Source: Botryllus schlosseri
Taxonomy: Eukaryota
Assembly (NCBI GenBank): GCA_051294905.1
Contig: CM119373.1
Location: forward strand, 12,214,001-12,278,000
Length of the DNA: 64,000 nt
Direction: 5' to 3'
Shown: in pieces, positions 41,501 through 56,500 of the stretch
Layout of the letters: every line of letters begins with the position of its first letter
Numbering within the stretch: position 1 is the stretch's first letter
Position numbers and translations under genes: made by a program
Notes under the pieces: generated by a model
Databases searched by the model: none
The model's input: the letters and a program-made list of their open reading frames with translations, nothing else
What the model was told of the DNA's origin: nothing

Positions 41501-44500
41501 GAGTGTATAGTAGGGCTAGGCACGACGATTCGAGTCAGCTATGAATATGTATTGATTCGAGTCTAATAGTGAAGGTCTTTTGTTCAAATAGCGAAATTGT
41601 ACGTGTTCACACCCACAATAATATTTAAGAAACGAAAAATATAGTTTTAGTAATGCATTTTCACTGTTGTACCCGTGAATCCTTGGCTAGTCATAGCTCA
41701 TTATCTGCAAAAATGTTACACAAGCCTACTGATATTCATTGCACAACATTCCTGTCAAACAGCGATCGGTCCTTGTAGTGGTTACAAATCGCTAGCAAAT
41801 TGTAAGGGCCAAGAAATACAAAATTATTATAGAGGACGTGTTTATGCTACAATTTTTCTTGCGGCCACACATTAATAATATCTGAATGTTTCAAGTCATT
41901 ATTACCGTTATGACACATCGATACTCGCCTAGATTCGAAGCCTAATATTCTAATTGCAATTGAATCATCCACTATCCGATACCAGTATTCAATTTTCCCC
42001 ATCCCAAGTCTCCATTCAATGTAGCATTTCAAATGAAAAAGAAATTTGTCCCATTTGACAATATTTCACCTGACAAATACTTATTTGCAATGAGCATTGA
42101 TAGTATGAGCATCGATAGTATGATATGTATCATTGACCAATGACCATTAGTTCTAAAACATATATGATTTGGATAAAATATAATCCATTAGTTACTGGAC
42201 CGTAAAGGGTATCCTTTCCACTGTCGCCAAATACCACCTAAAGGGTAATCGATATATTTTTTAGTTGGAGCATTAGAAATGCCGTAGGATGTTTGTTGTC
42301 CAGGATCTTCGACAAAAAAGACTCTAGCAGGATGTCACGCAATCCAAAACATGTAATTTTACAAGTCACAAAGAGAACAATCATTTTCATTACCTGAAGG
42401 TTCATAACCTCGATCACATGCATAATGCACCACGTCTTGGTACATAAAAACGCCCTGATCAGTTTGATGCAGAATTCCTAGGCTTCCATGCTCGACTTCG
42501 TCAGGGTTTCCGCATTTTACTCTTTGACACGATTGTGACGGCACGCTCCAAGTGGCGTCTTTTTGACATGTTATAGTGACAGTTTCACGTTCGATAAACT
42601 CATATCCTTCATGACACGTGTAGGTAGTGTTGCCTTGATATACTAGAGACGTTGATTCTGATCTGTTAATGTCAGGAATTATAATATGCAGAAGTCACAT
42701 AAAACGCAGAATGTTTTTTGTCTCATACTGTCTTTTACAAGGTTTTCTTTTAAAGTTAAAAACAGAGCCCAAGTTTTTATCAGAAATTTGCTACATATTC
42801 ACGTTATGATGATCAATAACGTTTAGTATTCTTGTAGTGATGTGTATTATGATTAGCTCTACTGTTTGTTCCACGCAGCTGGTACATATCAATTGGTGTC
42901 TGACTGTTCAATATGCCTGGCATAAACATGTCGATGATGATTAGCTGAATTACAGTGCATAAAACAACACTATTAATAGGCCAACAAAAACATAACAGTA
43001 CAATATGAATGATTGTTGTTTATCAAGGAATATGGATCCCTGATAATGAATAAAATCTCAGCTTAACAGTTTGGAAAGGATTATATAAGCAGAAAATTAG
43101 GTTTCTTTTACATTTTATCACATGAACGGTTATATTTTAAAATGTGGAGTTTCTGTAGTCTTCGCAAGCACTATAGTATTGAATATATTTTTTTAATTTT
43201 CATAAAGTCATTATTTGCTCTAGTAATCTTGTCAATGTTGAAATTAACATTGTGATGATGCATTGAAAATCAAACCATGATATTCTCTCATTTCTTGATA
43301 TTAATTTATTTTCACCTTCAAGGTTTTGGTTGTATTTCTCAATTACATTCAATTCATTGAAACCCCATGGAACGTTATACGCTGACTTACCGAGCATCTG
43401 GCATCTCTGGTGGTTCTCGGCAATCCACAGGCATGCATTCTGGCAGCTCTGGAGACTGCTCTGAATTGCCTGAGCCCCAAATAGCATTCGCTTGACATGT
43501 CATGCAAAACTCGGTTTCCCCACATGTTCCAAACCCGGTGGTCGTTTTGCTGATTTCGTAACCTTAGTGTGAAGATCAAATACCTGATTCAAATCTACTT
43601 AGATAATCTTTGAGAGAGTCAAAATTGAATTGGATGTGTTGTTATCGACATTTCAACTGCTCTGGCGTGTTTCAAATATATTTTTACATACTGAATTGCG
43701 CTCAATACCCATTTAAATTCTCTTTGTGCTTAATGACATATCATCAATTTGTGGATGCACTGGTAATGAACGTGGTAGATAGAACAAAGCAAAATTAATT
43801 CAATTTCCAGAGATTGAATGATCTTAAATGTCTGTGAAGACGTTTGAGCCATTTGAATCTCAATGACACTTTTACAGAAGCTTTAAATTGCAGCGTTAAC
43901 TCGACTAATATTATGTAATAGTTATTCCAACACTGATAACGAGGCATGGCCTTGTGCGTTGTGCTACAAAATAAAATGGAGCAAACTAATAAAGACACAA
44001 CTTAATAAAGCTAGGTCTGAGTGCCAATGTATTACCTTCAGAGCACTTGTAAGCTACATCAGATCCATAAGTGATCGAGGAATACTTGGCAACACCGTTA
44101 CGCAGCGGAAATAGCTCTGGACAGCTCTTGATCCTGCACTCGGGCGGACCTCCGCTCCATTTCCTATTAGCTTGACAAGTGACGGTCTTCTTCTGAAGCC
44201 CACCTGCTACAAAGAATTGGTTATGACAACGCTAATTTAAATCATAGGAGGTTTTAATGATGAATTTTAAGTGGCTACTGTGACAACTAGGAGAATCTAA
44301 AATAAGTTTTCAATAGTGTACATTTGGAACTGTAAGTGTGCCTTATTCATTTGCAGCGTTGGATACATCTAACATCCGATTTCACTCCGTCCATATAAAG
44401 CATACATGCGTCCTAACCACAGGAGATCAGTAACGAAGTACTTCTATCTTTGAAGAGAACTCAAGGTTTAGCCTAATTCTACAACTTACTCAATTGTTTA

Positions 44501-47500
44501 TGATTTTAACTACTTCCTCTTTTCTGCTAAACAGCTTTTCGGGCTAAATTACATACTTTTGCATTTTTGATTTCAAGACGTAAAATGTAGTTTAGGGATG
44601 ATAGATTTTTGTTTCTTTTGTGAGAGAAATTATCCTGATAACCTAATGAAATAGACGGTAACTGAACACAAGACAGTCAATGATTGTCACTATCTGTAAT
44701 GTCGGTCGTCTGTTCAGGATAGTGGCCAAGATTTCAAAGTCGATACCTAGTAACTGCGAAAAGTATGAGAAATCTTGACCACATTTACTTTGTGATACAA
44801 TTTGCTCAAGTACTTTCCCAACCTTTCCATGTTTTCTACCACTGTACTGGGTAAAACATGTCCTAAATATCGCTAATTATGTAGCTTTACTTTCATTTCT
44901 GCTCGTGGAACAATGTTGACGACTTTGATCAGCCCCGATCCGAACACGTATTTGACATCAAATTGATTGAAAAAAAGATTATATATCTAAATGCAACTCG
45001 CAATGCTCTAATAAACAGTGTCGAAAGCCGTGATGTGTAGTAGTTACAAGGTGAATGGTTTGGTCATTACATCACAGAATATGCAGTTTGCACATTTCCA
45101 CACTCAGTACCTTCTGAAATCATGTCGTATCCTTCGTTGCACTCATAAACCAGCTGGCTCATGAATATCATGCCTTCGTCAGATTCCTCGTAAAACCCAA
45201 AATTCAGGTCTACGGGAGTCTCGCATACAACAGGAGAACAGACCGGTGACGGATTATCAAATGTTCTGTCTTCCGTGCATCTCAGTGTATCGTTACCATG
45301 AAGCTCGTAGCCTGAAAAGAAGATAATTGTTAATAAATCATGTTATAACAAGGGATGGGGACAATTATTGCAGTGCTGGAGTGATAATCGAGTATTATAT
45401 GTTGTGATTCAGGTTGAGCAGAAGGAGGCGATTCCTTCGAGTACGGATATTATTCGTCATTATTTTATTTTTTTCTTTATATATTTATCATTTTTCATTC
45501 ACAGTACTATTATCAACGACAATTAAAATGTCAATACTTGTTTCCCAACCTGCAAGCATCAAATGTTCAATATGTGATAACACAGCATCGGAGACATGCA
45601 TTGCAAGGCTACACAAGTAGTGCCAATTATATTTCTGTGACGTCGACTCAAAGCATTGTCACAAAGTACTATGAAATAGGCATGGTTGGAAAAATATCAT
45701 ATTATCTTTAAGTGGTGTAGAGCAAGAGATATTTTCTCTGTGGACGCATACAAAGTGGATTATTGAATTTTTCCACATCATCGATACTCTTATGACATCA
45801 TACTGAGTGTTACTCGGCTATTTGACTTGGCGTATGGTAACCCTACGATTTGGCATTGCATCATCTCGCCACTTGATTTTGTCCAATAGTAATTAAGACG
45901 TAATTATAGAAAATTATGGACTTTAACCAAATCGAAATTAAGATAGTAAATGTACAGTGGAAATTATCTAATGATCAAAATAACCTAAGGATCTATTTAA
46001 GGCACGTTATATATGCACAAGTGCATACTTATTAACAGTAATTAGTAAGACAGCATCAATAACAAAATTATCACATGGCAAATAGCAATTTCAAACTGCG
46101 CCAAATGTGGTTAGCCAATTGATTCTATCTAAACACCTTACCTGATATGCACTGGTACACAATATCCTGGCTGTAGACCAATTCCAGCTCCGTCTGGTGA
46201 TTGCTGTACGGTACGATCGGGGCATGGTCACAGGATACGGGGTTACATGCGGGTGGTGCATTTGACCAAGACCCCGTTGCTTGGCAAAGCAGAGATGGTT
46301 CACCCTGAGGTTAGAATTCGATATTCAACTATCTAAATGCACTATGAACATATTATCCAAGGGACACGTTCCTAATTAATGGATAAATATTTACAAAGAG
46401 TTGCCGACTGTGCACTATTTTTGTTCTGCATTCAGCATTCTCCCGCTATTTAATCCAACAATGCACTTAAAAGTTCTCTTACTTAGAAGATCAGGACTCC
46501 TAAAAATGTGACACGTAACACCAGGCACTGTATTATGAATAAGACATTAAACATTCTAAATCTACAATTTCCCAGAATGAAGCTTGTTACATGGGGAATA
46601 ATCTGAAATGTACAATATCCAGTACAAAATATCACTTGCACGGCGCTTGGCAGATGCACCCACACATCATACGGATGGCCCTAGTTTAAGCACCACAGAA
46701 AACAAAACTGAACGGCCGAGTTTACGATCCACAAGCATAAAGGCAATTTTTGCAATACAAAACACAGGCTCGTGGAATTGAGAGCAGTACTAATATACAA
46801 ACAATCAGAACGAAGGTAGAAAGGGGAATTCAAGAGATTTTATACGCTAAGAGATTCTCTACACTTTATTCGATTATCATATCTTACTGCAACAGTATAA
46901 AATACCCTATTAACAGTAAAAGACACCATACTAGTTCGCATGTGTCATACAGGAAAATATTCATACCTGCATTTCATAACCAATATCACATGTGTAACTA
47001 GCAGTAGATCTGAACACAGGATCGCCACTCAAAGTCCATCCGCCATTTTCTACAGGAGGAAGTTCTGGACAGGGCACCGGTACGCATTCTGGCGACACAG
47101 TATCCCACTTTCTGTTATATTGACACGTTGCCGTAACAAGCTTTCCAACTGAAAATGTAAATGTATCTCAACTAGTAGAAGGGAGGATATTACTTAACTA
47201 ACCACTGAACCTTTTCAAAATACCATATTCAATCAGCTCTTGACTACTACTACACTACTTATTCACTGAAGGTTTATGTTTGGACTAATTTTACGTCTAC
47301 ATCTTACGAAAAGCAGCCTTCACTTTAAAGTTTAGGATTTTGTCACCGGGAAAGCAGTATTTGAATGGATTCGTATCATCTCAATGAGTGAAATTGCAAT
47401 TGCGAGCTGAAAGCCCGCTATCACGGCAATATAGTACAATTTCTAAAACTACAGTGACCTGACTAGTCAGTCACGAAGAAGCAGCTTGCAAGTCTTAATC

Positions 47501-50500
47501 CGTCATCGAATTATTACCAACACAGGTCTTCAACGCCTCGCCCCAATCTAATTCTTCATATTACTGATTTGTCTTGAAATTCGCTACTTCTATACGTATT
47601 AATAGGCGAAGAGATTGAATGCTGCATTAAGTGAAGCATACACGGACCCTAATGATATTCATGCCGGTCATAAATCACGTTCATTGTTCAAATACAGAAA
47701 TAAATTTCACATGCATTGCCGTGTTCCCCTTTAAAATGGTCTCTCACAAATGCAGGGAAACCGTAATTCAGATGGGCAGCGTGAACAAGAAAAATGTTGT
47801 AAATCCCAAAATCTTACTTACAAACAAATCTAAATATCACACATTCAAAATCATAATTTTTCAAAGTCAATTTCAAAGCAAATTATTATCATATTAGTCG
47901 AATTTACGACCCTATTCTCTATTTTTCGAGTAATGTAATTAAATTGATCCATGTATATTCTCGATCTGTCATGGCAAGAAGTACACCTTGAAAAACATGC
48001 TGCTTAGATGTCGATCCTCTTAATGATCATGTTAATGCTCAACGTCTACATCAGTAAATTCATACAAGTACGTTTCATTACATTTCTTGCAACAGAATGA
48101 GGTAATTTGACACGACTAAGATACAAAACATCAGTGCTGATATCAATGTCATCATACCCGAAACATTATCAAACATATAGCCTTCGGTGCAGGTGAAATT
48201 CACTGATTGCTGATAAGTGAAGGGGTCTTCGCTGTGGCTTAATTCAATTTTCGAGTGAGCCGTTGCCGTAAGAGCACCACAAGACACTGGATGGCATGAT
48301 GGAGGGTTTGACGACCATTTTCTGCAGAAAGAAAACATAGAGTCGTATCAACTGCATCGATGGCCATAATATGAAACAGAGAAATCTATTTTGGAATTAT
48401 TGAAAAATGCGTCATATTTCACACGTTGGTTAAACATTGCCTGATTGTCGATAAATACCTATCACGATCGGGAGATTGGGCCAGTTTTGTCGACTACAGA
48501 GTTGTGTAATGATAGGAATTTTCAAATATAATTCAACAAATCTACGACCGATATTCAAGGTAATTTTATCTCTGAATATGACATCCACATTGGTTCGTGG
48601 GCTGATTTTAAAGAAATATTGTATGTGCAACATAGCCGGTGATTCAAGTACTTGGGCAGTATACACATTCGATTACTAACCCTGCAATTCATGAATCTAA
48701 CAGATCAATTCACCACCAGATATTCATACCTTTGTCATTTATTGCAAAATGCCGACATACGATCATTAATTACCTCGTGAGGTTAGTTGGTTTGGTGCTT
48801 ATCACATTTGAAAAATACTGAGATCTATTATCATTGCTAAATTTGTTCATATTACCAAATTTTGAATAAGGTAAAGCTAAAATGCATAAGGTACCGTACC
48901 TGGTGGAAAGACAAGTAATAATTGGCTTCCCTTGCATTTCATAACCTCTGTCGCACGAGTAAGCGGCATTGCTCTGGTAGGTGAAGGCGTGCGCGCTATA
49001 TTTTCCATTCGGGATATCGCTAGGTTGCCCACATGAAACCCGTTTACAGGACGGCAGGTTTGGGACACTGCTAGTACCCTGATCGGTGCAAGTGATTTTC
49101 ATACTTGCAGGCCCAGCAGGGTGAAATTCATATCCTGAAAATGTGCATATGTATTTGGCTAACAATACGATATATCTTATAGGTTGTAGGTGAAATGGAC
49201 TAGTGCAATATCCTATTAACTTTTACCTATTGAAAGCAAGGAAATGGGGGAAATATTCAAGTTGGAATTTGAAATTGGTCAAGATTCCAATAGTTTAACT
49301 GTAACTGAAAGTAATGTTTGAAGCTAAAATATTTACTAATTTATTTATCTATCTATCCATCGGTTGATAAAAATAAGATTTAAAATTGCACAGCAATCCG
49401 CATTTCTTCAATACGATGATGTAGATTTGAAATTAAGTAATCTAAAACAATGTAGTTTCAAACTGAAATCAGTTTAACAAGGAAGTTGGACGAGATCTAG
49501 TTAGGTGATGATTAGTAATGTAGTATTGCATATCTTAACATCCATCTCTATTCCGGAGAAGATCGTTATGAATGGCTGCTTAGTAACAAATTTCACCAGT
49601 AAAAAATATTTAATCAAGTTAAGATGACATTGAAAAAATACCTTTTCTAGGTCTGTAAGTTAATTCATCTTCAAATTTGAAAGGGCTGGATCCCAACAGT
49701 TCACAATCAGTCGATCTTTCGGGCATAGGGCACTCAACTCGGACACATGTTGGTGGTGCTGATGGTCCAAGCTGACCAGATGACTGACAAGTCAATGTTG
49801 AATGTCCTGGAAACATAATATAAATTGAGTGGATACCAGCATGCAAATTCGTTACCTTAGTAATAAGAATGGTAAATATTGCTGTATTGTCTTTTATGGC
49901 TCGATAACACAGCAATGTATATTGTAACAATGTCACATGTAAGTGGTGCGACATCTTGGTATTGTGATCAAATAGAAATCTCACCTATCATTTCGTAACC
50001 GGGCTTGCATTCGTAAGACACTTTTTCACCGTAAACCAATATTGTGTCGAAGTCTTCGATCGCATTCTGAACTCTGGGAGGTACAGCACATGGAACAGGC
50101 TTGCATTCAAGGGTCTTCTTAGCTTCTAAAAAATAGGAATAGCAGTGGTTGTTTAAAATTGAAAAGGTCACATAACAAGGGTTGGGGTACATTCGTATTG
50201 GCTATTCCTATTTCTGTTTGATGGAGACCCCTCGTAGTACATCACTTACAGAAAACTATAAATCATACAAACTTAGTGATATAGGAAACGGCCGCGGAAG
50301 ATAGACCAACATCGATAACATAACTGTGACATCGGGCACTTGGTCTAGGTAGATGCCTGTTTACGAGACCGCAACCGCAAACGCAACATATTCGTTCGGC
50401 ATCCTCCTATCTATTACGTCGCATTGTGTCTTTTCGCATTGTACATTGTGTGTGTCTTGTTCGGATAAAAAATAAAATCTGATGATTATTTATTATTATT

Positions 50501-53500
50501 ATTATTATTATGTCATTATGTCATAGGCTTGCGTGTGGTGGACTAAATTTGTTCAAGTTGCACAATAAATTATTTCCATCTATATTTCATGGTTGACGAA
50601 AAAATAAGCTCCTTCCCAGCTAGTTCGATGGACTTCGATGAATTACGCAAATTTCCATTAGATGCTACAAACTTTGAAATCAGGAGGTACATCCAGCACA
50701 GTTTTCTTAAATAATCATCACATATTTTAATTTCTAGAAGAAAATGGCATCAAACTCAAATATTTTAGATATTAATACACAAACATCAAATTCAAATCTT
50801 GCAACATTAGATTGCCTGATCTAATCGCCATATAACAAAACCTGCAATCCATATTAACGATATGGCCATCAAATCGTAATATCTCACAGTTACTGTGATC
50901 GGTATGTGCCAGTTAGTTTGTATCAAAAGAGCAAACAGGGAACATGGCTATAAGTTACATCGTCGAATGAAAGCAGCATAGCTACGAATTACATTGCCAT
51001 ATCTTATAAAATCATTCTGCTGATGAGTTTATGCGTAGACAAATGACATCACATGCTATCTTTGGCCTCCTAGCTGCACTAGTACCTACGGGGTGATAAT
51101 AATGGATTTTAATCTAATTATAATTACTCAGATGATAAAACATTGGAGATAAATTGACTGAAAAGACAAGGTCAGCGGCTTAGTAGTAACAGCAGTAACC
51201 GATGTTACTTTAATTCAGGACTCGAACCTACCTGTATCATCGGGAACCATTTCCCCTGCATCACGTCGCGATCTTGAGGAAACTGATTTGTCTCTCTTTG
51301 CATCACGTTCCAACATACCTGAGCCAGAACCCTCGTCAGGATCCGGCATTCCTGACGACTCACTGAATGTGACTTGCATATCATGAGTTGACAGGCCTGG
51401 AATAATGAGACCTGTCACAAAAAGACCAGCAGAGCATATAATTACGCTGCTGTATAGATCAAAGGTAAAGTATGTGGGGGGTTATTGAATTTTTTAATTT
51501 ACACATGCTGCAACAGAGAACTTTACACTGAAGCTACAATTAAGGTGGAAGTACACCAAAGTAGAAGTACACCACTCTGGATCGTGTCGCTGCCTAAAGT
51601 TATTATGCTGATAATATACTAATTTCGTATTGCAACCTCATCGTATTTAGTTATTGTTCAAACAAGATCAAGAACATAATAAAAATATTGCTTGGGTTTT
51701 AAAGAACATTGATACCTTTTCAAAAGTGGACCGGTAAGACTAGAAATTTAAAAGAGAAAAGTAACATAAAAAATGGTAGCCTAGGTTCTTACTGGACCAG
51801 GATTTGAGTTTCATCGAAATGACGTATCAGCTTACAAACGTGGACAGTGGGCGATTTTGTCAATTTCCGATAAACAAATGATTTATATTTTTGTGATCAT
51901 CAGGGATTATCAAAATCGAGTGGCTAAGTGATTCAGTTCCGAGTCGAACCATAATCTTCGAATCATTATGCTTATTTGAGTACCACTTATTACGACATCA
52001 GAAAAATAAAACATATTCGAAGAGTTCAAATGATCATGTTTTATGCGACAGGGCTCATTTCAATAAGAATGTATTATTCAATTGCACTACTTATATCTAT
52101 ATCTGGTAGGAACTGTCTGTCCTTACGTAGTAGTTTGGCCTGAAAATACTTTATGATAGCTTTCAATACAACATCCATTGTAGTAAAATATTTATTCAAC
52201 TCGAAGACTTCTCGGGTGCCTCTTTTCAAGAGTTATCGGCACACTAAAGGGATTTAAACAGAATGAAAAGCAAAACCAGAAAGGCGAAGTATGACGCAAC
52301 AATCAGAAATTACATACCATGAAGTCCGCAATGTAACGATGGCAACAATAACAAACTTGAAGAGTACGATACTAGTAACATAGCATTTTGAAACCAAACA
52401 ATAACAAACACGAATTAGAACGCACTAATGGGAAATTTGTAAGTTATACAGAAAATCTTTTTGTCTACATAAAATAGGCTTGGTCAATTGGATGATTGTT
52501 GATTCTAGGGCTTTCAAATGTGCCACTGTCGGAAACTTTCGAAATTTGTGCAGATGCGCTTTATGGTAGCTCCCTTGAACCTCCTATAGTACCACGTGAA
52601 ATATTTCTGGAATTGTTGCGAACTGCTACAAGCTGTGTTGAATTCAGCTTTAACGACGTGATGTTTATGCAATTCGATGGCATTGCCATGGGATCACCTT
52701 TGGGCCCTAGTCTGGCAGATATATTTGTGGGGTACCATGAAAAGAAAATGTTTGAAAGCGTCCCAAAACCTCTCCTTTATTATAGATATGTCGATGACAC
52801 CTTTGTTGCTTTCAATAATGAGCGAGAGTGTAATACGTTTTTTTAAAAATTGAATTGTCTCCACCCAGCTCTACAATTTACTGTGGAGAAAGAAACTGAT
52901 TCAGCACTTCCATTTTTAGACGTGTTGGTTGAGAGATCTGGAAATATGTTTTTGACGTCAGTGTATAGAAAACCGACGTTCACTGGCCATTATATCCGTT
53001 GGGATTCTTTCTGCCCGAAGCGGCGAAAACTCAACCTAATATCATCTCTGGTTTATCGGGCCTTGCGTATCTGTTCGCCAGAAAAATTGCCACGTGAATT
53101 GGATGAGATCCACTCTATCCTATCAAAAAATGGCTATCCTGAGCATATATTGAAATGCTCCTTCGCAAGAGTGTTAAAACGTTCGGATCAACCTCCCAAT
53201 TATGGACCGGAAAAATGCCCGGCATTTTCACATCTACCTTGGCTAGGCAATGTGTCGAATCGGTTTTAAAAGTTGATCAAATCAGCCGTGCACCGTTGTT
53301 ATTATAGTGTAAATGCGCATGTGGTGTATACAACCAAACCACTTCTGCCAAACTTCCGAAAGGATGTGCTTCCTGCTTTAAATGCAAGTAACGTCGTCTA
53401 CGAATTTAAGTGCCACTGTGATAGTAGGTATGTGGGACGTACATCACGAAGATTGTTTGAACGGATAACGCAACACATTCCCAAATTGATTCGCTCAAAA

Positions 53501-56500
53501 ACTTGCGCAAATGACCGTACGGAGTTCGCACGACAATGCAAATCCGCCGCCAAAACCGACTGTTACGACGATTACCAAGCATACGCTTCGGCAATTGGCC
53601 AACATTTAAGTGACAACCCTTCTTGTGCTCAAAACTATAATGACCAAATGTTTACAGCCATTGCGCGAGGCAGATCCTTGTTTCATTTGAAAGCCCTAGA
53701 ATCAACAATCATCCAATTGACCAAGCCTATTTTATGTAGGCAAAAAGATTTTCTGTATAACTTACAAATTTCCCATTAGTGCGTTCTAATTCGTGTTTGT
53801 TATTGTTTGGTTTCAAAATGCTATGTTACTAGTATCGTACTCTTCAAGTTTGTTATTGTTGCCATCGTTACATTACGGACTTCATGGTATGCAATTTCTG
53901 ATTGTTGCGTCATACTTCGCCTTTCTGGTTTTGCTTTTCATTCTGTTTAAATCCCTTTAGTGTGCCGTTAAAGGTCAACTGCATCTTCATGACAACTTTG
54001 CGGAATCATGTTCAGAATTTTTTTTCATAACGAAATTACCGACTTTCCGTGTTTCAACTCAATCGGAAATTGCCGTAATTTTGACTGAAAGTTCCAATAT
54101 TGGCATGTTTACAGAAAAAGCAGAATGTGCATCGTGACGTCAAGTGAGTGACACATATTATCAACACCGGTCACAGCGGCTGTTTGTGTTCTCGCAGTTT
54201 TTATTCTAGTCAGTTATGGCCGAGGTTTCCATTGGATCTGATTTGCCAAGTGATATTGAGACTGAGTCCGAGTACTCGGATGTCGAATGTAAGTATCATT
54301 TTGGCACGTACTTACAAAATTACCGTTTAAATGCCGTATTGGTTCAGGTGTTGATGCGCTCGATCCCACGTCAGTGGAACCCCTTGCATCTTCATATGAT
54401 GGGTCATGATCAGCCTAGCTTGCTCAGCGCAAGCCGCTCGTCGAGACTACATGGAATACAGTTGTATAGTCTGTAGTGTAATAGCTCGTTTCAGTCATGT
54501 ATCTTGATAAGTTTGTGCTGTAAGGAGGTTCCGAGAGTTACTGACAGAATTGAAGTGTATCACAGTATTGCCAGGATTCAATTCAGTGTGTCTGGACGTT
54601 GACGTGTTGGAGATGTCCTACTATGGATATCAACAGGAATATGGCCGCAGAATATTAACATCGAGTTCGATGCATGAATGGGATGAATCTCAGATTCGGT
54701 TGCCAAATACTTTTCTCGCACTAATACATTTGTTTTCACTTTTCAGGAAGTTGAAACATACTGCCCACAGAAATTGTGTTCGCTGGGTATGGGGATTCTG
54801 TGGCAAAATCCAGCGGAAAATCCTGCCTGCATGCGTTGTTACTGCTTCCTGAACAAAATTTACGTTAAATTCTTACACAGGATTCCAGTTCAGTAACGCC
54901 ACATTGTGAATGTACAGTTGTATTCCAAATAATAAACGCATGTAACTAATCGACCAAAATAACTACTGTGTCAGGCAGAAAAGCATATCGGGTTTTATGT
55001 CGGGCAATAGCTTCCTCTCTGCTAATTTTGATTATGCTGCTAGTCAGAGGAGGTGGAACGGTCTCAGCACAATCGCTCAACTCAACAGTTTCTGGTCGAG
55101 TTCTGATGAGTGCTTGAACTTCTTCGGCAAGCTCATTGCAGTAATCTAGAACAGGCATAACAATATGACGAAATCTTATGATGCAGTCAGATCACCAGCA
55201 GTTACCAAATGTTGAATTTTCAAGGATCATGTGAGCCGCACATTCCCCATCTTTGTACTTCGGGTATTTGACCGCGGTGCTCCTTTTGACAATTTTCATT
55301 CAAATGCAGGATTGCCAACTGCATCCTACAAAATATGCTTAATTGATGAGGCTAGTAATTATGCCAAAATCTGATATACGGTAGGTTGTTTTGAATAGCC
55401 GAGACACTGCAAGGTACCTACCTGGCTTTTTGACTGAAATATGATTGTAGTGATATAACTTTGGGCAGAAATGATTGAGGAGGGCATTGAATGATTCACT
55501 TCCAGCAGTGTTTCCATTCGGCGAGAGATGGCGTATGTCATTTTCCATTCGCGTGGAGTAGAGAACATCGCAAATCCTTTCGTATGCCAATGAATCTGAA
55601 AATGGATTGTCATATGGTAAACAACAGAATCAAAGATGCTATTCATTGTAACTTAAATTTAGGCCTATATGTATCATGTATATATGCTGAATGGAGCAGT
55701 TTGTTTCTTTTTGATACAGTCAAGTAGGTTTTTTCATCTTTAAAGGATGTAACGGCATCTACACTACCCATAAATCAAAATCTGGAGTATGAGCAGTTTG
55801 TGCAGTCTTGCTTGATTCTCAGTGTGCTACCTGAACTTGACTCTTGCACGTCCGACTCTGATTGACACATTGGACAATGTTGAAAAATGCTTACCAGCTT
55901 ATTCCTGTCCACAATCAAATCACAAACTGGGTCTTGCTATTCTCCAGACATTTCTCTGAATCTGAATGCCTGCAAATCAATATCTTGGTGAAGACTTGGT
56001 ACGAATATGATTACACTGTTCAAGTACTCACTCTGACTCGCCATCTAACTCTGTTGGGTGGAAGCTATCGTCACTTGACAGGGATTGGATATCACTTTCA
56101 CAGTCTTCATAATCCTCTCCAGCAATAGGATTTGGACAGCGATGAAAAGACACTTTGGGTACCGAATATCGCGTATTCGAGCAACCATACGCGACACAAG
56201 ATGTACCTACGTGCCTCATCTTCTTCATACCTTCCATATTCACAATCAAATCCAGCATCATAGTCAATCCCAACACGAATAACTATCTGTTTACCACACT
56301 GCGCTATACCAGGACTTCTACTGTGTCACTCACATGACGTCATTTCATAGCTGAATGATTTCATATCCGTTTTTCAGCTTTTCGATTTATAATTTAAATT
56401 ACTTGAAAACTATCATGTGATTTCAACTTTTTTTATTTTATTCATATTCCTAACCACATAACGTACGAAATAAGGCAAAGTCATTTTCAAGATGCAGTTG

